A stretch of DNA of 32,000 nucleotides from assembly GCF_000012905.2 (NCBI RefSeq), contig NC_007493.2, positions 1,980,001 through 2,012,000 of the forward strand, read 5' to 3'. Shown piece by piece: positions 10,613 through 18,449 of this stretch. This DNA is from Cereibacter sphaeroides 2.4.1. GTDB taxonomy: Bacteria > Pseudomonadota > Alphaproteobacteria > Rhodobacterales > Rhodobacteraceae. The translations under genes and the position numbers were made by a program. How positions within the stretch are numbered: position 1 is the first letter of the stretch; each line of letters opens with the position of its first letter. The notes under the pieces are model-generated. The model was not told where the DNA came from. It saw only the letters and a program-made list of their open reading frames with translations, and ran no database searches.

Positions 10613-12100
10613 ATGAGACAGATTGTGCCGAAGGTGGTTGTGGTCGGGGCCGGGATGGGCGGGCTGGCCTCTGCGATCCGGCTGGCGCGGGCCGGGTGCG
10701 AGGTGACGCTCCTCGAGGCGCGAGAGGCGCCGGGGGGGCGGATGCGTACCCTCCCGAGCGTGGCGGGACCGGTGGACGCAGGCCCGACCGTGCTCACGCT
10801 TCGCGAAGTTTTCGACGATATCTTCGAGGTTTGCGGCCAAAAGCTCGATCATCACCTCACTCTCCTGCCCCAGCCGCTTCTGGCCCGGCACTGGTGGCTC
10901 GACGGCAGCACGCTCGACCTCACCACCGACCTCGAGGCCAATGTCGAGGCGGTGGCGGCCTTCGCCGGCGCGCGCGAGGCCCGCGCCTTCCGCCGCTTCC
11001 ACGATCTCTCGGCGCGGCTTTATGACGCTTTCGACCGGCCGATGATGCGCGCGGCCCGGCCCGACCTGCGGGCCATCGCGACCGGGGCCCTGAAGGCGCC
11101 CCGGACATGGCCCGCGCTCCTGCCCGGCATGACGCTCGACCGGCTCCTGCGGCTCTTCTTCCGCGACCGGCGGCTGCGTCAGCTCTTCGGGCGCTACGCC
11201 ACCTATGTGGGCGGCACGCCCTACGGTGCGCCGGGCGTGCTCGCGCTCATATGGGCGGCCGAGGCGCGCGGGGTCTGGGCAATCGAGGGCGGGATGCACC
11301 GGCTCGCGCTGGCGCTGGCCCGCCTGGCCGACGATCAGGGCGTGCGGCTGCGCTACGGGGCGCCGGTCGCGCGCATCCTGCGCCAGGGCGGCCGCGCCAC
11401 CGGCGTGCAGCTGGCCGACGGGCGGACGCTTCCGGCCGATCACATCGTCTTCAACGGCGATCCGGCGGCGCTCCTTGCGGGGTGTCTGGGCGACGGGCCG
11501 CAGGACGCCGTGCCCGAGGACCGGATCCACCCGCGCAGCCTCTCGGCCTGGGTCTGGTCCTATGCCGCCCGCGCCTCGGGCCCGCCGCTCGTCCATCACA
11601 ACGTCTTCTTCGCCGACGACCCCCGGCGCGAGTTCGGACCGATCGCCGCAGGACAGATGCCGGAGGATGCGACACTCTACATCTGCGCCGAGGACCGCTC
11701 CGGCGGGCAGCTCCCCGACGGGCCCGAGCGATTCGAGATCATCATGAACGGACCGCCCGGCCGGCCCGCGAAACCCGAGGATTTTGCGCAATGTCGCAGC
11801 CGAACCTTCGACCGCCTGAGACAGTTCGGGCTGACCTTCGACCCGGTGCCGGGCGAGACGAGCCTGACGGCCCCCTCGGGCTTCGCGAGCCTGTTCCCGG
11901 CGTCGCAGGGCTCGATCTACGGGCTGAGCCCGCACGGGGCGCTGGCCTCGCTGAAGCGTCCGCTGGCGCGGACGGCGCTGCCGGGCCTGTGGCTGGCGGG
12001 GGGCGGGGCCCATCCGGGGGCGGGCGTGCCGATGGCGGCCCTCTCCGGACGGCACGCGGCCGAGGCGATACTGGCGGACCTTGCTTCTCGGTCGAGGTAG
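10613..12100 (+). CDS. crtD: Hydroxyneurosporene / methoxyneurosporene 3,4-desaturase
   Basis: Track ORF 10595-12100. The first ATG, at 10613, gives MRQIVPKVVVVGAGMGGLASAIRLARAG... (495 aa), with an FAD dinucleotide fold and a CrtI-family C-terminus (GGGAHPGAGVPMA). Confidence 0.92.
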   Translation: MRQIVPKVVVVGAGMGGLASAIRLARAGCEVTLLEAREAPGGRMRTLPSVAGPVDAGPTVLTLREVFDDIFEVCGQKLDHHLTLLPQPLLARHWWLDGSTLDLTTDLEANVEAVAAFAGAREARAFRRFHDLSARLYDAFDRPMMRAARPDLRAIATGALKAPRTWPALLPGMTLDRLLRLFFRDRRLRQLFGRYATYVGGTPYGAPGVLALIWAAEARGVWAIEGGMHRLALALARLADDQGVRLRYGAPVARILRQGGRATGVQLADGRTLPADHIVFNGDPAALLAGCLGDGPQDAVPEDRIHPRSLSAWVWSYAARASGPPLVHHNVFFADDPRREFGPIAAGQMPEDATLYICAEDRSGGQLPDGPERFEIIMNGPPGRPAKPEDFAQCRSRTFDRLRQFGLTFDPVPGETSLTAPSGFASLFPASQGSIYGLSPHGALASLKRPLARTALPGLWLAGGGAHPGAGVPMAALSGRHAAEAILADLASRSR

Positions 12101-12135
12101 CGCCCGACGGCTATGCCTGGTGGTATATCGACGGC

Positions 12136-13005
12136 GTGTCCGACGACGGCACCCGCGCGCTCTCGGTGATCGGCTTCATCGGCTCGGTCTTCTCGCCCTG
12201 GTATCGCTGGTCGGGCCGGAAGGAGCCGCAGAACCACTGCTGCCTCAATGTGGCGACCTACGGCCCCGGCGGGCGCTTCACCATGACCGACCGCGGCCGC
12301 GCCGCGCTGCGGCAGAGCCCGGACACGCTGACCGTGGGCCCCTCGCGGATGCACTGGACCGGCACCCAGCTCATCGTCGAGGTGAACGAGATCTCCTCGC
12401 CGCCCCTCGTCTCGCCGGTGAAGGGCCGGATCGTGCTGACCCCCACCGGGATCACCGATGTCGAGGTGACGCTCAAGGACGATGGCTCGCACATCTGGCG
12501 CCCCTTCGCACCCACCGCGCGCATCGAGGTCGATCTGACGCAGGGCCACCGCTGGCACGGCCACGGCTATTTCGATGCCAATTTCGGCACGGCCGCGCTC
12601 GAGGCCGACTTCCGTTTCTGGACCTGGGGCCGCTACCCGGTGGCAGACGGGGCGGCCTGCTTCTACGACGCGACCCGCCGCGACGGCTCCCGGCTCGAGC
12701 TCGGGCTCCATGTCGCGGCCGACGGGCGCGCGCGGCTGATCCAGCCGCCGCCCGAAGCCCGCTTCGCCCGCTCGCGCTGGCTGGTCGAGCGCCACACGCC
12801 CGCCGATCCGGGCACACGGCCGCGGCAGGTGATGTCGATGCTCGACGCGCCCTTCTATTCGCGCGCGATGGTCGAGACGACGGTCTTCGGCCAGAAGACG
12901 GTCGGCGTGCACGAGGCTCTCGATCTGCGCCGCTTCCGCTCGCCGCTCCTGATGCCGATGCTCGCCGTCCGCGTCCCCCGCCGCCCCGGCTGGAGCTTTT
13001 CCTGA
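12136..13005 (+). CDS. crtC: Acyclic carotenoid 1,2-hydratase (hydroxyneurosporene synthase); start uncertain
   Basis: The 3' part of track ORF 11107-13005 reads ...IGFIGSVFSPWYRWSGRKEPQNHCCLNVATYGPGG.... Candidate in-frame starts are GTG 12136, GTG 12166 and GTG 11989, with no ATG available. See the finding on upstream coding signal. Confidence 0.85.
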   Translation: MSDDGTRALSVIGFIGSVFSPWYRWSGRKEPQNHCCLNVATYGPGGRFTMTDRGRAALRQSPDTLTVGPSRMHWTGTQLIVEVNEISSPPLVSPVKGRIVLTPTGITDVEVTLKDDGSHIWRPFAPTARIEVDLTQGHRWHGHGYFDANFGTAALEADFRFWTWGRYPVADGAACFYDATRRDGSRLELGLHVAADGRARLIQPPPEARFARSRWLVERHTPADPGTRPRQVMSMLDAPFYSRAMVETTVFGQKTVGVHEALDLRRFRSPLLMPMLAVRVPRRPGWSFS

Positions 13006-13078
13006 CATCCCGGCCGCCGCCGGCCGCGCCTTTCACTCTGCGCAAATATCCTCGGGGGGAATTGCCCCGCAGGGGCAA

Positions 13079-13103
13079 GGGGGGCAGACAGCCCCCCCCT
13101 TTT
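13079..13103 (+). terminator. Intrinsic terminator after crtC
   Basis: GGGGGGC-AGACA-GCCCCCC followed by CCTTTT. It is preceded by another hairpin, TTGCCCC-GCA-GGGGCAA (13062-13078). Confidence 0.6.
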
Positions 13104-13116
13104 CAACCCCGGAAGC

Positions 13117-13145
13117 AAAAGGGGCGGCGCCCGCAGGCCCGCCCC
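13117..13145 (-). terminator. Intrinsic terminator after tspO
   Basis: On the minus strand GGGGCGG..GCC-UGCG-GGC..CCGCCCC is followed by TTTT (13120-13117), 21 nt downstream of the tspO stop. Confidence 0.6.
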
Positions 13146-13165
13146 TCCTCTATTCTGCCCCCGGA

Positions 13166-13645
13166 TCAGGCGCGGGCTTCGGGCCGGTTCCAGTTCAGCC
13201 GCATCGCCTCGAAATTGAGGCCGGTCGCGGCGGTGGCCCAGATCAGGTAGGGCACGAACAGCACCCCCGCCCAGGTGTCGAGCTGGAAGAAGGCCCACAT
13301 GGTCGCGGCCACGAAGAGCCACATCACCATCACCACGGCGAGCGCGGTGGCCATCCGCTTCATCCCGAAGAAGACCGGCGTCCAGAGCGTGTTGAAGGCG
13401 AGCTGCGCGGCATAGAAGGCCAGCGCCTGCCCCGAACCTTCGAGCTGCGCCACCCGCATGGCCGCGAGGCTCATGAGGAAATAGAGCGAGGTCCAGGCCA
13501 GCGGAAACACCCAGCGCGGCGGGTTCCACCAGGGCTTGTTCAGATTGTCGTACCATTCATCGGGCTTCAGCAACGCCCCCGTCGTCGCGGGCGCGCCGCA
13601 GGCAGCGAGGAAGGTGAGGAAAAGAGCCCAGTCCATGTTCATCAT
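13166..13645 (-). CDS. tspO: Tryptophan-rich sensory protein TspO (formerly crtK)
   Basis: Track ORF of 159 aa, MMNMDWALFLTFLAACGAPATTGALLKPDEWYDNLNKPWWNPPRWVFPLAWTSLY..., recognised as R. sphaeroides TspO. The second ATG (13642) is an equally possible start. GGAG lies upstream. Confidence 0.93.
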   Translation of the reverse strand: MMNMDWALFLTFLAACGAPATTGALLKPDEWYDNLNKPWWNPPRWVFPLAWTSLYFLMSLAAMRVAQLEGSGQALAFYAAQLAFNTLWTPVFFGMKRMATALAVVMVMWLFVAATMWAFFQLDTWAGVLFVPYLIWATAATGLNFEAMRLNWNRPEARA

Positions 13646-13673
13646 CGTTACTCCGGTATACCTTCATGAGAAC

Positions 13674-14741
13674 CTAGATCGGGTTGGCCCGGTTCCCCAG
13701 TCGCTGCCGCGAGATCTGCCGATCCTGCGCCTCGAGCTGGGCCAGAACCGAGATCAGCGCCTCGGAGCGGCCGCGCTGCGGCCGGGCCCGGGCGGCGGCA
13801 TTGACGAGGAAGGCCACTTCGGGCTCGGGCGCCGCATGCAGCGTGGCGCAGCCGGGGCCGAACGGGCTGAGGGCCGCGCGTGTGGCCGAGAGCCCGAGCC
13901 AGACGAGCTTCTGGCGCCGCGTGGTGAAGGCGCGGCGCGTCACGCTGTCATAGCCGTTCCGCGCGATCTCGTCGCCGATACCCGCATAGATGTGGCGCGC
14001 GGCATAGATGCCGGGCCGGCAGGCCAGAGGCAGGCCGCAGACCCCCGCTTCCGAACGCAGATAGAGCCGGTCGGCCGCGCGCAGCAGGCGGTGCGTCACC
14101 GCGCGGATGCGGTCGTCGACCACCGGCCGGGCGAGGAACTCCTCGACCGGCAGCCCCTCCTCCTCCATCCAGTCGCGCGGCAGATAGATCCGTCCCGAGC
14201 GCGCGTCGGTCCCCACGTCGCGGGCGATGTTGGTGAGCTGCATGGCGAGGCCCAGATCGCAGGCCCGGGCCAGCACGTCGGGATCGCGCACCCGCATGAG
14301 GACGCACATCATCGCCCCCACCGCCGCGGCCACCCGCGCCGAATAGTCGAGCACGCCCGAGAAACTGTCGTAGCTCCGCCCCACCGCGTCCCAGGCGAGC
14401 CCCTCGAGCAGCGCCTCGGGCAGCGCCCGGGGCATCTCGAACTCCTCGACCACCGCGGCGAAGGCGCGGTCGGCCGGCGCATTGCGCGGGCGGCCGCCAT
14501 AGACGAGGTCCAGCCGGTCGCGCAGGCTCAGGACGGCGCGGCGCTTGACCTCGGCATCCTCCTCGCGCTGTCCATCGTTCACCGCCTCGTCGACCGCATC
14601 GTCGGCCACGCGGCAGAAGGCATAGAGCGCCAGCGACGGCGCGCGCACGCGCTCGGGCAGCAGGCGGGACGCGGCATGGAAGGAATAGGAGCCGGTGCGG
14701 ATCATCTCCCGGCAGGCATCGAGATCGGCAGAGGCAATCAT
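13674..14741 (-). CDS. crtB: Phytoene synthase
   Basis: Track ORF of 355 aa, MIASADLDACREMIRTGSYSFHAASRLLP...YAFCRVADDAVDE...ARDVGTDARSGRIYLP, with squalene/phytoene synthase motifs. The ATG overlaps the crtI TGA as ATGA. Confidence 0.93.
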   Translation of the reverse strand: MIASADLDACREMIRTGSYSFHAASRLLPERVRAPSLALYAFCRVADDAVDEAVNDGQREEDAEVKRRAVLSLRDRLDLVYGGRPRNAPADRAFAAVVEEFEMPRALPEALLEGLAWDAVGRSYDSFSGVLDYSARVAAAVGAMMCVLMRVRDPDVLARACDLGLAMQLTNIARDVGTDARSGRIYLPRDWMEEEGLPVEEFLARPVVDDRIRAVTHRLLRAADRLYLRSEAGVCGLPLACRPGIYAARHIYAGIGDEIARNGYDSVTRRAFTTRRQKLVWLGLSATRAALSPFGPGCATLHAAPEPEVAFLVNAAARARPQRGRSEALISVLAQLEAQDRQISRQRLGNRANPI

Positions 14742-16294
14742 TCCGCGGCAAGCCTTTCAGCAGGTTCGGCCTCGCGGCGCGCACGTGGCGCATCGGGGGC
14801 AAGCTTGGCCATCACTTCGGCCGAACCGATCACGCCGGGCACGCCCGCACCCGGATGGGTGCCCGCGCCCACGAGGAACAGGTTCGCCACCTCCTCGGAA
14901 ATGTTGTGCGGCCGGAACCAGGCCGACTGCAGGATCCGCGGCTCGATCGAGAAGCCCGCGCCCCAGGGGCTGAGGTAGCGGTCGCGGAAGGTCTCGGGGG
15001 TGAAGACGAGCGAGGGCCCGATCCGTTCCCCGATCCCCGGCATCGACTGTTCGAGCACCTCGAGCACGCTTTCGCGGTAGGGCTCGGCCACAGCCTGCCA
15101 GTCCACCGGTTGCGCCTGTTTCAGATGCGGCACGGGCGAGAGCGCATAGAACGTGTCATCCCCCTCGGGCGCCACGGTCGGATCGGTGATCGAGGGCCGG
15201 TGGATATAGAGGCTCATGTCCTTCGCGAGCTTGCCCTTGAGGAAGATGTCCTCGACCAGCCCCTTGTAGCGCGGCGCATTGACGATCGTGTGGTGGCCGA
15301 CGTCGGGCCACATGCCCTTCGTCCCCTTCGTTCCGAAATACCAGACGAACAGCCCCATCGACCAGCGCCGGCTCTTCACATGGGCGTCGGTCCAGCGGCG
15401 GCGCGGATGGTTACGCAGAAGCCGCATGTAGGTATGGCCCGCATCCGCATTCGAGACCACGAGACCCGCCCGCAGCACCTCGCCCGAGGCGAGCCGCACA
15501 CCGGTGGCGGTGCCCTTCTCGACGAGGATCTCGTCCACCTCGGTGTTCATGCGGAAGCTGCCGCCCTGCCCCTCGATCACCTTCGCCATGGCCGCGGCGA
15601 TGGCCGCCACGCCGCCGATGGCATAATGGACGCCGAACTCCTTCTCGAGCTGGCTCACAAGGATATACATCGAGGTCACGTTGAAGGGGTCGCCGCCGAT
15701 GAAGAGCGGGTGGAACGAGAGCGCCATGCGCAGCCGCTCGTCCTTCACCCGAAGCGCGGCGTGCTGGTAGACCGACCGGTCGGCCCGCATCATCCCGAAG
15801 GTGGGCAGCACCTTGATGAGATCCCACAGCTTGTGCATCGAGCGGCGGCCGAGATCCTCGTAACCGAACCAGTAGCGCTTTTCGCTGTCCTTCAGGAACT
15901 TCTCGTATCCCGCCACATCGCCGGGCGAGAGGCGCGCGACCTCGGCCTTCATCGCCTCGGTCGACTGGCGCACCGTGAAGTGCGACCCGTCCGGCCAGCG
16001 CACCTCGTAGAACGGATCGATCGGCTTCAGCTCGACATCGGCGTCGAAGTCCCGCCCGCAGGTCTTCCACAGGTCGCGCAGGCTCTGCGGCACCGTCACG
16101 ATGGTGGGTCCCAGATCGAACCGGTGCCCCTCCTGCGTGATCGAGGAGCCGCGGCCGCCCGGAACGTCGAGCTTGTCGATGACCGTCACGCGCCAGCCCT
16201 TGGCGCCGAGGCGCATCGCAGCCGCAAGGCCCCCCAGTCCGGAGCCGATCACAAGGGCGCGGTCGGCGTCGGAGGCGGGCGAGATCGAGGGCAT
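14738..16294 (-). CDS. crtI: Phytoene desaturase (neurosporene-forming)
   Basis: Track ORF 14738-16486 trimmed to MPSISPASDADRALVIGSGLGGLAAAMRLGAKGW... (518 aa), with an FAD fold and the CrtI C-terminal motif VGAGTHPGAGVPGV. Confidence 0.93.
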   Translation of the reverse strand: MPSISPASDADRALVIGSGLGGLAAAMRLGAKGWRVTVIDKLDVPGGRGSSITQEGHRFDLGPTIVTVPQSLRDLWKTCGRDFDADVELKPIDPFYEVRWPDGSHFTVRQSTEAMKAEVARLSPGDVAGYEKFLKDSEKRYWFGYEDLGRRSMHKLWDLIKVLPTFGMMRADRSVYQHAALRVKDERLRMALSFHPLFIGGDPFNVTSMYILVSQLEKEFGVHYAIGGVAAIAAAMAKVIEGQGGSFRMNTEVDEILVEKGTATGVRLASGEVLRAGLVVSNADAGHTYMRLLRNHPRRRWTDAHVKSRRWSMGLFVWYFGTKGTKGMWPDVGHHTIVNAPRYKGLVEDIFLKGKLAKDMSLYIHRPSITDPTVAPEGDDTFYALSPVPHLKQAQPVDWQAVAEPYRESVLEVLEQSMPGIGERIGPSLVFTPETFRDRYLSPWGAGFSIEPRILQSAWFRPHNISEEVANLFLVGAGTHPGAGVPGVIGSAEVMAKLAPDAPRARREAEPAERLAAE

Positions 16295-16340
16295 GGCGCG
16301 AACTCCTGCAGTGCTTGTCAACATGCCCCATACAATAGAC

Positions 16341-16358
16341 TGTCTAGTCAGGTTTACA
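16341..16358. promoter_or_regulatory. PpsR/CrtJ palindrome in the divergent crtI / crtA control region
   Basis: TGTCTAGTCAGGTTTACA is a perfect TGT-N12-ACA. An adjacent off-spacing copy, TGTCAACATGCCCCATACA (16316-16334), has N13. Confidence 0.8.
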
Positions 16359-16451
16359 ATGCGGCTTGAGGGCGGTGCGACTTCGCGACTAATGTCCGCC
16401 CGCTTCGGTTCGGTGTTTGATCGCGCCCACCCCATCTGCAGGAGGAATGAC

Positions 16452-17426
16452 ATGCAGACTGTCACGCTCAGTATCTTCCGGTTCAACGAGTTCGAAAAGC
16501 GGCTCTGGGTGCTTGGTCAGATGACCGCAAACAAGCTGGGCATGCACTACCTGCCGAAGGCGAAATTCTGGAAGATGTTCGGCTCGGGCACGGGTCAGGG
16601 CTTCACGCCGAAGCCCAACTGGCACGTCTGGAGCATCCTTGCGGTCTGGCCGGACGAGGAGACCGCGCGGCGGGAAGTGGCCGAATCGCCGATCTACCAG
16701 CGCTGGACCAAGATGGCCGACGAGAGCTACACGGTGCTCCTGCAGCCCACCAGCGCCTGGGGCAAATGGGACGGCAAGGAGCCGTTCGAGCCGGTGAAAC
16801 CCGCCTCGGACGTGCGGCCGATCGCCGCCCTCACCCGGGCCACGGTCAAGTTCTGGAAGGCCGAGCGGTTCTGGGCGCGCGAGCCTGCCATCTCGCACAT
16901 GATCGGCCGGAACAAGGACGTGGTCTTCAAGATCGGCGTGGGGGAAGTGCCGTTCGTCCAGCAGGTTACCTTCTCGATCTGGCCCGACGCCCGCTCGATG
17001 GAGGAGTTCGCCCGCGGCGCCGGCGGCCCGCATGGCGAGGCGATCAAGGCCGTGCGCGCCGAGAACTGGTTCAAGGAGGAGCTTTATGCCCGCTTCCAGA
17101 TTCTCGGAACGATTGGTAAGTGGGAGGGCAAGGACCCGGTGGGCGAGGCGCTGACCGCACGCCCCTCCGAGGCTCCGAAACCCGCTCCGGCACCGGCGGC
17201 AGCCCAGCCCGCCCCGGCGGCCGAAGCTCCGAAGCCTGCCCCGGCGCCGGTCGCGGAGAAGCCCGCTCTCGCCGTCGAGATGCCGAAGCCCGCCGAGCCG
17301 CCGAAGCCCGTGGTCGAGGCCCCGAAACCCGCTTCCGCTCCCGTGGCCTCGAAGCCGATGCCGCAGGGCGGGAAGCCGAACTTCAAGGGCAAGCCCGGCA
17401 AGGGCGGCCGCAAAGAGAACGCCTGA
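16452..17426 (+). CDS. crtA: Spheroidene monooxygenase with Pro/Ala/Lys-rich C-terminal tail
   Basis: Track ORF 16101-17426 trimmed to the ATG at 16452, behind GGAGGAA. This gives MQTVTLSIFRFNEFEKRLWVLGQMTANKLGMHYLPKAKFWKMFGSGTGQGF... (324 aa). Confidence 0.9.
   Translation: MQTVTLSIFRFNEFEKRLWVLGQMTANKLGMHYLPKAKFWKMFGSGTGQGFTPKPNWHVWSILAVWPDEETARREVAESPIYQRWTKMADESYTVLLQPTSAWGKWDGKEPFEPVKPASDVRPIAALTRATVKFWKAERFWAREPAISHMIGRNKDVVFKIGVGEVPFVQQVTFSIWPDARSMEEFARGAGGPHGEAIKAVRAENWFKEELYARFQILGTIGKWEGKDPVGEALTARPSEAPKPAPAPAAAQPAPAAEAPKPAPAPVAEKPALAVEMPKPAEPPKPVVEAPKPASAPVASKPMPQGGKPNFKGKPGKGGRKENA
17169..17357 (+). repeat. Degenerate in-frame tandem repeats encoding E(A/M)PKPA units in the crtA 3' end
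   Basis: EAPKPAPAPAAAQPAPAA / EAPKPAPAPVAEKPALAV / EMPKPAEPPKPVV / EAPKPASAPVASKP. The DNA units all start with GA(G/A) (GC/AT)N CCG AA(A/G) CC. Confidence 0.6.
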
Positions 17427-17430
17427 CGCA

Positions 17431-18435
17431 ATGAAAAAACCCTTCCCCTTCTCGGCCATCGTCGGTCAGGAGCAGATGAAGCAGGCCATGGTGCTCACTG
17501 CGATCGACCCGGGCATCGGCGGCGTGCTGGTGTTCGGCGATCGCGGCACCGGCAAGTCCACCGCCGTCCGTGCGCTCGCGGCGCTCCTGCCGCTGATCAA
17601 GGCGGTCGAGGGCTGCCCTGTGAACTCGGCCCGGCCGGAGGATTGCCCGGAATGGGCGCATGTCTCCTCCACCACGATGATCGAACGGCCGACGCCCGTC
17701 GTCGACCTGCCGCTCGGCGTGACGGAAGACCGTGTGGTGGGCGCGCTCGACATCGAGCGCGCCCTCACCCGCGGCGAAAAGGCCTTCGAACCCGGCCTGC
17801 TCGCCCGCGCCAACCGTGGCTATCTCTATATCGACGAGGTCAACCTCCTCGAGGATCACATCGTGGACCTGCTCCTCGACGTGGCGCAGTCCGGCGAGAA
17901 TGTGGTCGAACGCGAGGGTCTGTCGATCCGCCACCCCGCCCGCTTCGTGCTGGTGGGCTCGGGCAACCCCGAGGAAGGCGAGCTGCGCCCGCAGCTTCTG
18001 GACCGGTTCGGCCTTTCGGTCGAGGTCCGCAGCCCCCGCGACGTGGAGACCCGCGTCGAGGTCATCACCCGCCGTGACGCCTATGACGCGGACCACGACG
18101 CCTTCATGGAGAAATGGGGCGCCGAGGACATGCAGCTCCGCGGCCGCATCCTCGGCGCGCGGGCGGCGCTGCCCCAGCTCAAGACGCCGAACACCGTGCT
18201 GCACGACTGCGCGGCGCTCTGCATCGCGCTCGGATCCGACGGGCTGCGGGGCGAGCTCACGCTCCTCCGGGCGGCCCGCGCCCAGGCGGCCTTCGAGGGC
18301 GCCGAGGCGGTGGGGCGCAGCCACCTGCGGTCGGTTGCGACCATGGCGCTCAGCCACCGGCTGCGGCGCGATCCGCTGGACGAGGCGGGCTCGGTCAGCC
18401 GCGTCGAACGGTGCGTGGCGGAGGTCCTGCCCTGA
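17431..18435 (+). CDS. bchI: Magnesium chelatase subunit I (AAA+)
   Basis: Track ORF of 334 aa, MKKPFPFSAIVGQEQMKQAMVL..., with Walker A GDRGTGKST and Walker B YLYIDEVNLL. It starts 4 nt after the crtA stop. Confidence 0.95.
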   Translation: MKKPFPFSAIVGQEQMKQAMVLTAIDPGIGGVLVFGDRGTGKSTAVRALAALLPLIKAVEGCPVNSARPEDCPEWAHVSSTTMIERPTPVVDLPLGVTEDRVVGALDIERALTRGEKAFEPGLLARANRGYLYIDEVNLLEDHIVDLLLDVAQSGENVVEREGLSIRHPARFVLVGSGNPEEGELRPQLLDRFGLSVEVRSPRDVETRVEVITRRDAYDADHDAFMEKWGAEDMQLRGRILGARAALPQLKTPNTVLHDCAALCIALGSDGLRGELTLLRAARAQAAFEGAEAVGRSHLRSVATMALSHRLRRDPLDEAGSVSRVERCVAEVLP

Positions 18436-18449
18436 CACACGCAGCCCCC

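Noticed and set aside
12060-12100. Programmed -1 frameshift producing a CrtD-CrtC fusion, as an explanation for the start-less CrtC N-terminal block.
   Set aside because: There is no slippery heptamer (X XXY YYZ) and no obvious downstream stimulatory structure in the last about 40 nt of crtD. An overlapping GTG start (11989) or a truncated protein are simpler explanations.
4773-16369. Other long shadow ORFs: 4773-6266(+), 6483-7367(+), 7292-8353(+), 8350-9945(+), 9398-10573(+), 10598-12055(-), 11917-13008(-), 12081-13250(+), 13536-14978(+), 14855-16369(+).
   Set aside because: Each lies opposite or off-frame to an identified bch or crt gene. None has an SD-plus-start context or a recognisable domain.
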